Shown here piece by piece: positions 14,301-27,576 of a stretch of DNA of 64,000 nucleotides. The notes under the pieces are model-generated. The model was not told the DNA's origin. It was given only the letters and a program-made list of their open reading frames with translations, and ran no database searches. The DNA comes from Mytilus trossulus (taxonomy: Eukaryota), in NCBI RefSeq assembly GCF_036588685.1, contig NC_086386.1, positions 17,298,001-17,362,000 on the forward strand, written 5' to 3'. The number at the start of each line of letters is the position of its first letter. Positions within the stretch are counted from its first letter, which is position 1. A program made the position numbers and the translations under genes.

Positions 14301-17300
14301 ATGTAGCAACAACAGTTTAATTATTTTAAATGAGAGGTTTGCGATTTCATAACGTGGCCTGTCTTCCTTAGAATATTGTTTTTTACTTTTATTAAGCCCA
14401 ATGTGAAAAATACAATGGAATGCTAACTTAAGTTGTAAATAAAAGGTATGTTTTAACATAGCTAAGGTTACATCTCCCAAAGTTACAGCTGGCCTAAGAA
14501 TATTTGTGTACTGTTCTCTTAACCTCCTGATGATTGTACTGACATTGAACATTTCTGAGCTTCTTTCATCTTGCAATAGTTTTAGAACATTGGCCTTTTC
14601 TTCACCCTTCACAAGTGCATGTATTCCTCATTCTTAACTAAAAGACAAATTAAAAGAGTTGGTCCTGCTTTTTGGGCAACATACATAAAACTATCTTGTC
14701 TGAAGGAGGAATACATCGAATTTAAAAAAAAAATCCCTGAAATTTAAGCTACTAAGATGATTGATTTCTCGATTGATAACATATTGTTGAACTCATCAGT
14801 GCCATCGAAAAGAAAATGAAGGATACAAAAGATACAGTTCAGTCTGAATCATATCGTGAATAACATCAATTAAGGTCGGTTGAGAACAAAATGTTACTAC
14901 AAAAGAGATAATTCAGCTTCCTAATTGTTAACTTGCCATTTGTATGTTGCCACATTCCGGCAGCACCTTAATATGAAGTATGTATTTCAAATTTGATACC
15001 ATATTAAATGGTTTTCGTTTCCCTTAATGATTTCCAAACAAGCCAATTACTTCTTTCTTTCAAGGAAGCTTTAAAACCTTGAGTTTCAAGTTGTGAAGTT
15101 GTGAAAATTTTGCAGAAGCCAAACAAACATTAAAAAAACATAAATTGTTTGAAAATTGAGCGTTATTTTTGTTTTGTATGCATACTACAATTGGTATTGT
15201 TTGTATAGTATTTGCCTAGGTATATCCTGATGGAGATGTGTTATGTTCTACACACTGTAAAACATTTGTCTATGTTTGTTGTATGTTGATTTCTACATGG
15301 CTTTTGATTTTGTTTTGTGTGATCAGTAGTATAGCGTGAATGTTAGATTTATTATGCAACCAAATGCATTACAAAATATTACGTATACTAGTAACAGAAC
15401 TGTCCACATAAACTAATTTTGATTATTTTGTTTTATATTATAAGGTATGGGGAGATGCTGCCTTACAAATATTTTACTCTGTTGGAATGGCATGGGGTGG
15501 TCTGATTACGATGGCCAGTTACAATAATTTCCATAATAATGCGTACAGGTAAACATCAATGGGTATATATATAGGATGTCGGTCAAGTATTCAAATCAAT
15601 TAAGCATCACATAGTTTTTGTCACGCCTCAAACTATTTTTTTTCTTTTTGTTCAAGATAAAAATTCCAAACGACCTTTACGGTCATTTACACATTAAGTC
15701 TTATAATGATGATTTATTTACATATAACCTATGGTATGTTATATTTAAATTTTAATCGTACAGCAAAACATGCTGCAACATTTTGTTTGTTTTTTCGTAA
15801 GACAATGTTTGTCATGACCATTCAAAATTAATTCCATATATTTGCACTATAATTCATATTCCTATGGTGCATTGAAAACCCTTATTGGATACTCACATAT
15901 TGTTGTTGTAACAATTAGTTCACCTAAATAAAAAAAAACATCCAAAATCTGTTTCATTGATAGCATTTGATTTCATCAGCTTTAGATCCCATAGTTTGTA
16001 TATGTGAGCCTAATATATTTTGTATTTCATTTCTATATGTTTTCAGAGACGCTATGATAGTTCCCATTATCAATTGTGGTACTAGCATATTTGCAGGATT
16101 TGTGATTTTCTCTGTTTTGGGATTTATGGCACATACCGCGGGTACAACTGTAGACGAAGTTGTTAAACAAGGTATTAAATATATATTTAACATTTTCAAT
16201 ACTATCCAGATTAATTTCTGTATATTTGTTTTTAAGAGTATTTTGGGTTATATGCAAAAAATGTTCTCTTACAAAAAAAAAAATACCGCACTAAATAATT
16301 AAGGCCCTTTTACCATGATAAAATCCCATTCATATTATTATGTAATAGCCTAGTTGATGGTAGTATATATATATTTATGAAACTCTGGTCACTAAACTAT
16401 TTATAAGAAACAAAACGGAGGGAATCGCATGACTGGCCAAAAATCAGCGAAACCGAATGCGTAGACAGAGACTCCCGCAATGCATGAATCACTTGCCATA
16501 TTGAGTTTTCTCGTTTGAATTGTTTTACATTGTCAATTCGGGACCTTTTATAGCTGACTATGCGGTATGGGCGTTGCTCATTGTTGAAGGCCGTACAGTG
16601 ACCTATAGTTGTTAATTTCTGTGTTATTTTGGTTTCTTGTGGAGAGTTGTCTGATTGGCAATCTTCTATTTTATATCGTAGTCAAAGTATCTTCACACGA
16701 TTTATACAATACATCTTTTCAAAGATGTCCGTTGATAAATTTAAAAATTGAAAAGGTATCAAAGTTCCAACATCCTAGAATAAGTTGACCACCGTTGGTT
16801 TTATCTAAGTATTTAGATACATTCTTGTATTTGAGCTCCCGAAATATAAGTTCAACCATGGCTTTCATTTTATTTGTTTTAGGCTTTTTTGTCGACGTCG
16901 AATATAGAAAATTACTTCGAACGCACCAAAATCATAAAGAATTATTTGCATTAATGTTATTTACAATATCGTATTTGACATGAATGTTAACTTTCTCGAA
17001 TAACCTTCAATTATACCATCCACAACAAGGCTTTCCCATACTTTAGGGTCAAGATCTTTTTAGTTAAATTGTGTACATTAACATCTTTTTAACATTATCA
17101 TTTTATAGTTATTCTTTAATTTTTTGTTATTGTTTTTTAGGTCCTGGTCTTGCATTTGTTGCTTATCCTGAGGCTGTTGCTAAACTACCTTTCTCGCCAC
17201 TCTGGGCAGTTTTATTCTTTCTTATGTTATTCACCATCGGACTTGATAGCCAGGTAAGATTTGCATTTTAATCTCACGATAAATCCTAAATTCCCAAATC

Positions 17301-20300
17301 ATATACGATAGAAATGCGGGGAATATTGATGAATATTGTATGAATCTTTAATTTATATAACATAAAAAAATATCTTTGGTGTTATTTCCATGCTACAAAT
17401 TCAGATTCTTTTGAGAAAGTCAAATTTTTCATATGCTTTAAATAATGAAATCATTAAATTGCTATAAGTTACAAAAGTGTTTCCAACATGTAAAATAATA
17501 AACCAATATGTGCATTTTGGAGTTGCGTCCCCCAAAATGTAATTTTGACATTGTTTAATAGAAATGCTAAGCAGTCCAGTAATCACCACTTCTCTGACAT
17601 GAAATAGCATTGATATAATGATATTTATGAATCATTTGAATGGGAGGGGGTAGGAGGGGTCCTGATCCCGAAATCCCGGACTTAAAAAAACGAAATCCCG
17701 AGGTCCCGAATTTAAATAAAGTAAATCCCGACGTCCCGAAATCCGAAAAAAAAGATTCCCGGATCACGAAAGGGTCAATCCCGAAATCCCGAGCTTAAAA
17801 ATACCCGATCCCGGAGTCCTGATAAAGGTCCTATCCCCCCTCTTGAATTGTTCGAAATGCTATGGATTTTCTAACTCAACAATAGATTATTTGGCAAATC
17901 TGTTCTCCAATTACAAGGAAATATACTGTTGGTTTTTATATGATTCAACAAACGAAAAATTATTGATCGGGTCACGTTAAATACATGCCAAAAATTGCGC
18001 AAAGGTACTTTTATTGGGTAAGGGTGTGCAAAAAACATGAGTTGGCAAGCGCTGATAATCTTCCGTTTTTATTAGCATTGGCTGTCGCTTGTGTCCTCAC
18101 ACTATTATTGTTTAAAAGGATGAATTATTAATCCAGATTTGCATGTATGAAAAGAGCCTAAAAAGAAAACCTTTTCATTGCGGTAAATCTTATATTTTTA
18201 TGAACAAAATAATCAGATGTTTCGACTGTCATACATGCTTTCAATTTTCCATCACGACAAATTACTATCAATACGTTTACACATGAATTAAGAAAGTGGA
18301 AATCTAAAAAGAGTTCTGAATAAATTAAACATAATTTTTCATGATATTGTTCATATTTAGCTAGCTGAACCTGCTTTTGCAATTGGAAAATAACAATGTG
18401 CTTGTAACCCTCATACATGTGATCCTGTCCAATATGCACGTTATTGTATGCATATGTTGAAAAATGCATTTATTCTTATCTTTAATACTACCGAGAATTG
18501 TCAATGATTTAAATCCCTCATCGCTTCGTATGCTTATCCATACATTGAAAAATCATACAAGGTCGGCGCTAAGATCAATAAAAATCTGACCTGAAAATAT
18601 TTTCGTTTTTGATGGACATTTGAATAACTGTATTTATAAACGAATAACTTTATTTTTTTGAGCCAGTTTGAAAATTCTCGCAAAAGCACAATTTTGTCTG
18701 CCGTTGAGATTTTAAGAAAGTATCAGTAAAAGAAATAACCACTGTTTATCTAATAACACCAGAGTTCTTTTTAATAACCATCTTCGAATAGTTAATGTTT
18801 TAAAAGCATTTATAAATTTGCAGATTTGTCATTGTATGGTGAAAAATCGAAATAAGTAAAAAGAAAAATCCTCATAATTGCTTAATATTTAAATTGGGTA
18901 AAAAGGTTTAAAATAGAAATACGACATTTTTCATTTTTCTCTTTTTCATTATTTTAATTTAATTTTTTAATTTTTAATTTTATCTTTTTTAAACGCAGAT
19001 TAAACCTTAGAAACCTATATGTTGAAATGTTTTCTTCTTAATTGTTATGAGGATATAAATCCGGAATAATGTTGATCATGTTCTTAATTCTTCAAAGACA
19101 GGTGAAGCTGACTCATCTATGGTACGTTGACTGACGACAGGCAACAACGTCCCAAAAGGTTTTTTAATTGTTGTGATGAGGTATTAAAATGAACAAATAA
19201 ATATCTACTAAAAATAAAGGTCTGGAAAATTGAAAATTTAGACACTAGAATTTGTCTCTTTCATTTATCAACGTCATTCGGACAATTATTGAACTATTTG
19301 CTTTTAATACAAACAATTTTCCAGTCCTTACATAATACACATAGTAGATTCAGAATCTTGATGTTATTTCATACATTTTTCTATACTGTCATCAACTCAC
19401 CAAAGAATCATATCATTCTTTGGTCAATGTTATACAGAATGTGGTTTGCAATACACTTTTTCTGTTTAAAGAACTATACTATGAAACTTGTCCTGTCTAT
19501 TTTATATTCCTCTTTTATCTTTAGATAAATAAACTTTTTTCTCTCGTTTTTTCTCTCGGTTGTAATCTAGTACCAAAACAATTCTGTGTAACATACATCA
19601 ATAATGTAATGGACAAACATTAAGCCTAGTTTTCAGGAACTTGTACCACCACCCTCCAGTAACAGTCTTTTTTTTATTATATTTTACTGCCATAATCCAA
19701 TCATTCATTTATATATGTATATGTATATATCTTGTATATATCAAGATTTAAAACTTATTCAGAGCTTTAGCATTATATTCTTTCCTTTTTATCTGTAGAA
19801 TTAAGCATTCGACTTAAACAGTTTATATATTTTTTCTGGTTAAATTTATATCAAACTGATCCTCTGCATAATGTTAGATATTTGTTACTTCTGTTTTCTA
19901 ACAGTGGTCATTTATTTCTACTTTTAGTTCGGAATGTTTGAGACTGGCATAAGTTCATTTATTGATGAATATCCAAGTTTACTCAGAAGTAAGCGAGTAC
20001 TTCTGGCTGCAGTTGGGTGTTTCGTTGAGTTTCTTCTTGGATTACCATGTATTACACAGGTAAGTTGACACCGGATAGAAACTGCCCTAATGCAAATGAG
20101 TATCAAAACATATTTTAGCATATTTCTGGCTAAGGAAAAACCTGTACGGAAAGTCTGTGTAACTGTTTTTTCAGTTGTTATAAGAACCATACAAAACATC
20201 AAAATTCATCTTTTACTTCGGTTTTGATTGTTCCAAACTCAATCAAAGACTTATACATGTACATGCGGATCAAGATGACATGGAGGGGAGCATAGTGGTT

Positions 20301-23300
20301 ACCTATATAAATTTTAATTGTTTCTTAAAACTGTTGTCATGTATCATGTTGACTGGAATAGTTTTCGTTAAAATTAACAATCTTTTGTGGGTCTGAGAAC
20401 TGCTGAATTATCGTATGTTTATTTATTCCAGGGAGGAATATATGTTCTACAGATTATGGACTGGTATTGTGCAAGCTTCTCTCTGATGATGATTTCACTT
20501 TTAGAATGTGTTGTAATTGCATGGATTTATGGTTAGCGTACATGATTTATTTATATATCGGCTGAAAACATTCAGTGGTAACATTTTCTTTATAACTAAA
20601 GAAGTATCTGAAATTGAAAAAAAAGTATGTGATTACTTTTTTATTTATTACTTTAATGTTAATAATCAAAATTGTGAATCTTAAATATTCAGAAATTAAT
20701 AAGTAATAAATCATTAATGTAATACCAAATTATTAATGAATGACATCCGCTTTAAAGTGCTAACATTAAAAAAAAGGAGAAATAAATTACTTTAATTGAA
20801 ATGTTTCTTCATATCAATTTAGGAACAGAAAGGTTTTTCAAAGACATTGAATTGATGATTGGATATAAGCCACATATAATCTGGCATTATATGTGGAGAT
20901 ATGTAACACCAGCTGTTATTTTTGTAAGTTGAGAGTTTCTTTCATTATTTGTTGTTCGATTAAAAAAACTTTTTAGACATTGACAACAAGGTCATTTCTT
21001 AAAATTAATATTTACTACCACACTTAATTTAAAAAAAAATTAAACACATTTCAAATAAGAATGATCATTCATATATTATACCACGCCCAAGACATATTAA
21101 TTCAAAACACCTAGAAGTGAATGTAGTCAAGACGGTCAATAACTAGAATGTCATTCTTTTGGTTAAATTTGTAGACTGTGATAGGTGAAATCTACCAAGT
21201 TCTTCTAGAAGGGATTGGAATGAAGGCTTCGAATTTCCAATGCTTAAGACATCTACATTGAGTTATTTTTTTTTAATCATTCATATAAATATGTTTGTTT
21301 TGAACTTACTTTTATTTCCTTTTTATATATCAAAGACAATAACAATCAAAACCAAGGAGTAAACAAAGACTCGCAAAACCAAGGGGACATTTACACCAAC
21401 AGTTATAAACAATGAATAAAAAACAACACGAACGCCTCTAAAAACCGGGAGATATAATCAGGTGGTCCGGAAGGGTAAGCATTCCTGCACCGTATACGGC
21501 ACCCGTCGTATTATTTCTAGGTTTGTCATATATCAACACTTTTTAATAGATTGGTATCATCTAAACATCATTAGGAAGAAAATCATCAAAAATAAAAAGC
21601 TGATAATTTGGAAACCAAACACGATTCTACATAAGGCTCATCAGTGATGCTCCCGTCAAAAGGTTCAAAGGCTTAATAAAGTTTACGAGCATTGAGGACC
21701 CGAAAATCCAAAATGCATTTATAAAAAACCTGTTGACACATTTTTTTTTTTTATATCATCCAGTTTTAACCTATATGGGTATATAAAGCTGTATTTGATA
21801 TTCATTTTTTTATTATCATATAGGGAATATGGCTGTTTAGTATAATAACATTGGGTCCAGTGACTTATGACGGAAAAAGTTATCCGACTTGGGCGATAGT
21901 GTTGGGATGGATATTAGGACTTTTGGCACTTGTCCCAATTCCTCTTATGATGATTATTCAAATCATTAACACTGATGGGGATACAATAGTTGAGGTAAGC
22001 TTTTTAAAACACACTAAAACATTTATACAATAGTAAATAATTGTGTCATTATATTATTGTAAAGAGATTGCTATTTAGTTATCGATTTGTTATTTTCTTT
22101 TTGAGATTGCGAGGCAAAAGTTGAAATCATACGGCTTATGTAAATGTCAGTTAGACAGCTTCCACTTTAGTTAAACATACTGGTTGTTTAAAAGTTAACC
22201 AATAGCTATTTAAGCTATCCAAGTGTACAGTATATTATTTATTACTTACATCTGTATTTGTTAAAAACAAACGAATAAAAAAAACCAGAAAAATCACAAC
22301 TTATGTATATTGTATCTTAAACGCGCAGATATTCATAATTTAAAATCTAATTTAATCTTAGGAAGAAAGATAAGAAGTTAGCAATATCCTTTAACTCTAC
22401 TTTCGTTATATAGATGATGTTCTTTCACTAAATAATTCAAAATTTTTGTGACTTTGTCAAATGCATCTATCACATTTAACCAGAGATAAAGGATACAACA
22501 GATACAGTTAAGTCGGCCTCCTTTCTTGACTTACATCTAGAAATTGACAATGAGGGTCGATTGAAAACAAAACATTACGACAAAATAGATGTTTTCATCT
22601 TTCCAATCGTAAACTTTCCATTTCTAAGTAGCAACATACCAGCAGCACCTGCATACGGTGTATATATTTCCAAATAGATACTTGCATTTCCTATCATGAT
22701 TTTTTTGATAGAGGGTTGTTGCTCACAAGTAAGCTATTAAAGCAAGAGTTCCAAAATGGTGAAAGTTGAAATCATCTCTTCGTAAATTTTACGGACTCCA
22801 TCACGAGTTGGTTGACCGTTATGGAATAACCGTTTCACAAATGATATCGGATCCTTACATCGTAAAGACAATCTCACTTCCATGAATATGACCTACCGAA
22901 TTATACTATTAACCGGATTTGTTATAACATAAGCAACACGACGGGTCTGCTAACCCATCCGGAGCACCTGAGATAACCCCTAGTTTTTGGTGGGGTTCGT
23001 GTCGTTTATTCTTTAATTTTCATTGTTGTGTCATATGTACTATATTGTTTGTCTGTTTGTCTTCTTCATTTTTAGCCATGGCTTTGTCAGTTTATTTTCG
23101 ATTTATGAGTTTGGCTGTCCCTCTGGTATCTTTCGTCGCTCTTTTAAGAGAAATTCTTAATCAAAATTATGTTTTTTTAGAGAGTCAAGAAATTGACAGT
23201 ACCTGCAAAAAACTGGGGCCCAAGTAAGGAAGAGGATAGAGAAAGATATGTGCAGTCATTGTCATATGATGAATCCACATGTTCTAACATGAACGGCTAT

Positions 23301-23387
23301 CCCGTAGATTGTGAAGTAGCCTTATTACAACATAAACAAAAAATAGGTAATTATATATTCAAATACCTCACAAAAAATGTTGAATAA
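8366..23387 (+). CDS. SLC6 (NSS) Na+/Cl- dependent amino-acid transporter, glycine/proline/ATB0,+ branch-like; 13 coding exons, about 628 aa
   Basis: Exons with GT-AG ends and consistent phases: 8366-8558, 10934-11065, 11919-12159, 12580-12712, 14147-14281, 15445-15548, 16047-16171, 17141-17253, 19928-20059, 20432-20531, 20823-20923, 21824-21994, 23181-23387 (1887 nt). Motifs: TM1 [28 protein letters not shown]3 [11 protein letters not shown]2 C-x8-C, TM6 [14 protein letters not shown]7 [20 protein letters not shown]8 GLDSQF, TM10 MDWYCAS. Exact orthologue not assignable by eye. Confidence 0.95.
8980..9437 (-). mobile_element. Highly decayed retrozyme family-1 copy, interrupted
   Basis: ACGCTAGAC..TCATCAG..AATCAAAATA..AATTCGAAAAGTTATTCCAAATACA and later CTACTAAGCCTGTAATATCCTCAGGGAGGAAATGTCCA are colinear with 37900-38230. 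Confidence 0.55.
11380..11652 (-). mobile_element. Degenerate retrozyme family-1 copies with a mutated hammerhead at about 11545-11591
   Basis: AATAGTTATCAAAGGTACCAGG..TACGTCAGAC..TTCGTC..TCATCAGTGACGCTC..AAAGTTGAAGAGCATTGAGGAC matches 37885-38010. The minus strand has CUGAUGA but GAAG instead of GAAA. Confidence 0.75.
14620..15110 (+). mobile_element. Older, internally deleted Penelope-like RT fragment of the same family
   Basis: AAAGACAAATTAAAAGAGTTGG (KDKLKEL), GATTTCTCGATTGATAACATA, AAGGATACAAAAGATACAGTT and CATTCCGGCAGCACCT align with 22480-22670. Confidence 0.7.
17642..17842. mobile_element. MITE with internal TCCCG(A) motif array and 6-bp TSD
   Basis: Ends GAGGGGGTAGGA / TCCTATCCCCCCTC; TTGAAT at 17636-17641 and 17843-17848; about 10 TCCCG motifs inside. 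Confidence 0.72.
21332..21512 (-). mobile_element. 3' end fragment related to the Penelope-like element terminus
   Basis: The reverse complement (ACGACGGGT..ACCCTTCCGGACCACCTGA..GTTCGTGTTGTTT) matches 22938-23010. A further tail fragment lies at about 58780-58856. Confidence 0.55.
21600..21715 (-). mobile_element. Retrozyme family-1 fragment, hammerhead lacking GAAA
   Basis: CTACATAAGGCTCATCAGTGATGCTC...GAGCATTGAGGACCCGAAAATCCA is similar to 37929-38020. Confidence 0.6.
22357..23144 (+). mobile_element. 5'-truncated Penelope-like retroelement: RT C-terminal half (pseudogenised) plus 3' non-coding end
   Basis: Frameshifted translation [93 protein letters not shown]. The YIDD catalytic motif and FLDL..YDK signature are typical of PLE RTs. 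Confidence 0.82.
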
Positions 23388-26311
23388 ATGTGTATCAGTA
23401 AATTTTAGCTTGTTGATACTTAAACGTAGAATTTGAGAATTTAGATATAGCTGATCAATTGATAAGATATAAAACTAGTGTTTGACAAAAATTAATAATA
23501 GAACTTTAAATCATGACTCTAATCATTGGTTTTTTTTGTTGTTTTTTCAAAGTGTTTTTGTTAAATTACATGCAATAAAGTGTAAAGCAAGCCTCACTTT
23601 TTTGTATTAATATCAACATGTTTCTTGTCTCTATTTTAGAAATGAATGGCACACCGTTATAGAATATAATAAGAAATACGTGGACATTCCAAAGGAGATG
23701 TAGCAAGGTTATGAAAATAAATATGTTGATGGATTAAACGATATTTAATTTTAAATTGGTGTTCCCATGAATGAATGAAGTAAATGTACCATTGTATATT
23801 TTTGACTTATTTTTCTATTGTTATAACAGTATGACATTTAGTTTCATATCTTTTCCAAATCTCATTTTACTTCAACAAACAGTCAAAAGGAAATTCTGTC
23901 AAGTTAGTAAAATCTCAAGCAAGAAAAGGGTTTGTATTGAATCATAATACTAAATTACAATATCATTGAAATAATTAACGACCGTACAAGACCATCATGG
24001 GAGGTCAAGGTCGTTGAAAAAAAGCCGGGAAGTATTCAAAAAAGCAATCAGAAATGTCAAGTCCACCTTCTTAATATTATACTAGTACACCAAACAAATA
24101 TATAGCAATAGATGAATCAATTATGTGAAATAATGACCCGTTTTAACAATTCTATTTTATCATGACAACCATTTACTAGCATTACATTTCAACTGTTTAA
24201 ATCATAAGAGGTTTTTAAGTATGGTCAAGGCTGATAATAAATACTTTGTGATTTATGTAATTTTTATCAATCATTCCTGTAATATATGAACGAATTGTAT
24301 ATCAATTATATGTATATTTTTCTACTTTTTAGTTGTTGGTCTTTCAATTGTTAAATTTCTGAACGATTTTGATGACAAACTTTGTACTTCTAGGTGCAAT
24401 AGTCTTTTCACAACACTCATATTTCAAGGAGGAAGGTGTACCAATCGCCGTGATTAGTCTGAATTTATAGCATTACCAAATCATGTACGATTTGCATTAT
24501 GATCATTGATAGGTATGTGCAAGTTTTTAACTTTAAAACCTTCAAATTGTATATATATATATGTCAAGATTTTAGAAAACTGACATGCTTAAATATTCTC
24601 AACATTTATTTGCGAGTGGAATATGAAGCTTATGCAAGCTACTAGGAAATATTTTTACTTTTTTTTTATATAAACACATACTATGGTAAACTATTGTGTA
24701 TAATAAGGCTCGTCTCAACATGTCCTTTCTTGTCACTGTATTTTAAGCTATTTTTGGTTCTTTCAAAAATATTATCTCTATGAGATGACAACCAATGCAG
24801 GTATTATATAGAAATCCAAACTACCTATTTTTCAAATATGTCTTGCATCTTATTAATTGTGTTTAAAATAATATTCAACTTTAAGTTATGTGAAACAAAC
24901 AATCATTGTAATTAAGAAACTTATATTCATTAAATATCAATGTTTCTGTCAATAAAATATATTTGATATGTATTTTTATGTATAATTCTATTGTAACAAG
25001 GCAATACACTCTCTTAGACTTTAATATTTATTAGTTATACAAATAGTATTTTACTTGGCAATATACAGTCACACTCAATGTTATTTTTGTCCTAACAAAT
25101 GATAGTTTGTTCAATTATGCATTTTTATTTATTTATATTATACATTTGGACATATTTATACTTTGTTATGAGGTAAACAAGTAGCAACAGGACAAATGTA
25201 CATGGCAATAGTGATAAGAATAACTACACACATATGTTTTATGAATTTGCATAACACACCACATGTTTTCCGTATTTCATTTATACTCTCCCAACAATTT
25301 AAAACGTAACTCTAAAACAAATGTTTCCTTAAATTCATAAGAAAAAAGTTTCTTCATATGTGTTGACATAACTTTCTGGACAAGCGACTTATTCAATAAC
25401 AGTTTTATAGTGAAAGCAATTCATTTATTCCCTTTTAAAATGCGTTAATACGTATTTGCATTACTTATATACAATTATCTTTTAACTTAATATGAGTTTG
25501 CATTCAACATGTTTAATGTGATCAATAGTGAAATTAAGGATAACTTTTTTGGTATCTAGTAACAGAATATGCGAATTACATACTTGACCTGCAAGATGGT
25601 AATTCTTTAATTTCTTTCTGTCTGTCAACTGAAGCATATACTTAGCAGTCGCCTATCATCGAAAATCTCAATATTATGTTTTAATAGTTGCTACTAGATT
25701 GTTTGGATAAAGGTTAATAAACAAAAGTGAACACTAAGTGATAAATCATGTTTATATTATTCTAGTCTAAGTAAAAGTTCCCGGGATAAAAAAGGAACAT
25801 TTTCAAGCAAATTAATGCCACTACTGTCTCATATACAAAAACAGCCAACATCAATATGTATTACTGATACTGCATAAACTTTTTAAAGATAAGTAATTAT
25901 TTCTGGTGAGAGGTGTTTCAATAGAAATCATTCTGCATCTTCTTTTTTTAAATAGTTTACAGAAGTGAAAAAAGATATGAAAAGAGCATTCGTTTCACAT
26001 TATTCAAGTGTGATTTAAAGTTCCCAGGGGGGATATGGAAGTCTCGTCTATCAAGTTCACATGCCTTTCATATTGATGTACTGTTAATTTGATCAGGGTT
26101 TTTTTACGGTAGATTAGGGTACAAAATTAAAGTCGATAAAATGTTTTTACTATTTGATCTTGTTTTTTGTATATCGATGCATGAACTTAATTTTGTCAAG
26201 TCTAAGGTATATCACAGCAAATTCAAATACTTGTCTGTCTTAAAGATACATTCATGTTAGAACATGGATTAAGATACTTTTTGATACAGGGCTAGTAAGA
26301 AAGGTTTGGGT

Positions 26312-26500
26312 TTTTTTAGTAGAAAACACAAACATTTTCATAGAAAACACAAATTTTTGAGAAGAAAACATAGTTTTTTTTAGTAGAAAACACAAACTTT
26401 TAAGTAGAAAAAAAATTACTTTTTAGTAGAAAACACATACTTTTTAGTAGAAAACACAAACTTTTTAGTAGAAACACAATTTTTTAGTAGAAAACACAGA
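26312..26500. repeat. Minisatellite, about 21-bp unit TTTTAGTAGAAAACACAAACT, about 8-9 copies
   Basis: Direct reading of repeated AGTAGAAAACACA. Confidence 0.85.
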
Positions 26501-26890
26501 CCTCATCTACATCATCCACTGGCCAAATTGATACAAATTGCATATTATTGATAACTGTTGTATCAAAATCAAAGTAAGATGATATTATTTCTTAATCAAT
26601 ATGAACGTGTATATTGGACATTATGTTAACAATATATGAATAAAAAGGAAACACACATATAACATTTAAATGTATGGTCATCAATTGTTTGTATATATAC
26701 TTCAGTAGTATGCCTACTACTTTTTCGGCCTGAGAAAATTCCCGTTGAAAGACTCATATCATTGTTTGTATATTGAAGGTATAACTTTGTATTTTATATG
26801 ATGTCAAATACAAATAAAACATCTAAAAATAAAAGCTGTTCCATTGTGCCATATGTAATTGTCTCTGTTTAAATATGTACAAAGTAGAAT

Positions 26891-27576
26891 AACAAAAATT
26901 TGTAAGGGTTCCGCGGAACCCAGTGTCTCGCCTACTTTTGCTGTAATTCGCAGGCTCAACAAAAGTGAGGGAAAAAATCTATAAAAATATTCCTCTTGAT
27001 ACTATCTTATGATTGTAGGAAGCTTCTGTCCAAGTTTGGTAAAAATCTAGGATAGCTAATGAATCTAATAAATGTTTTGAAAACTTTAACTGCAGACTGT
27101 ATGTAATGTTAACTGGAAAAAAATCTAAGTCCATTTAAAAGTAAAATACAGAAAAATGGAGTTATTTTTTTTTACAAAATTTACTTCTGGGTACTATCTT
27201 ATGATCATAAATAAGCTTCTGTCCAAGTATGGTACAAACCCAGGATAGTTTAAGAAAGATGTTAAAATTTTAAAAACTTTAACCACAGAGTGAATGTAAT
27301 GTTTCCCCGCAGAAAAAACTAAGTCCATTTATAAGTAAAATACGGAAAAAATGGAATTTCAATTTTACAAAATTTACTTCTGGATACTATCTAATGATCA
27401 TAAACAAGCTTCTGTCCATGTTTGGTAGAAATCCAGTATAGTTTAAGAAAGTTATTAAAATTTCAAAAACTTTAACCACACAGTGAATATTTGTGGACGC
27501 CACCGACGACGACGCCGACGGAATGTAGGATCGCTTAGTCTCGCTTTTTCGACTAAAGTCGAAGGCTCGACAAAAA
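26891..27576. mobile_element. Helentron-associated (pearl/HINE-type) non-autonomous element with about 2.5 internal 192-bp repeats
   Basis: Palindrome GGGTTCCGCGGAACCC (26906-26921), units beginning near 26998, 27190 and 27383, (GAC)n microsatellite, terminal hairpin TTCGACTAAAGTCGAA, A-rich ends. Confidence 0.75.

Noticed and set aside
23347-23352. Alternative donor GTAATT in the last SLC6 exon
   Set aside because: No convincing downstream coding exon was found; a stop at 23387 and AATAAA near 23574 suffice.
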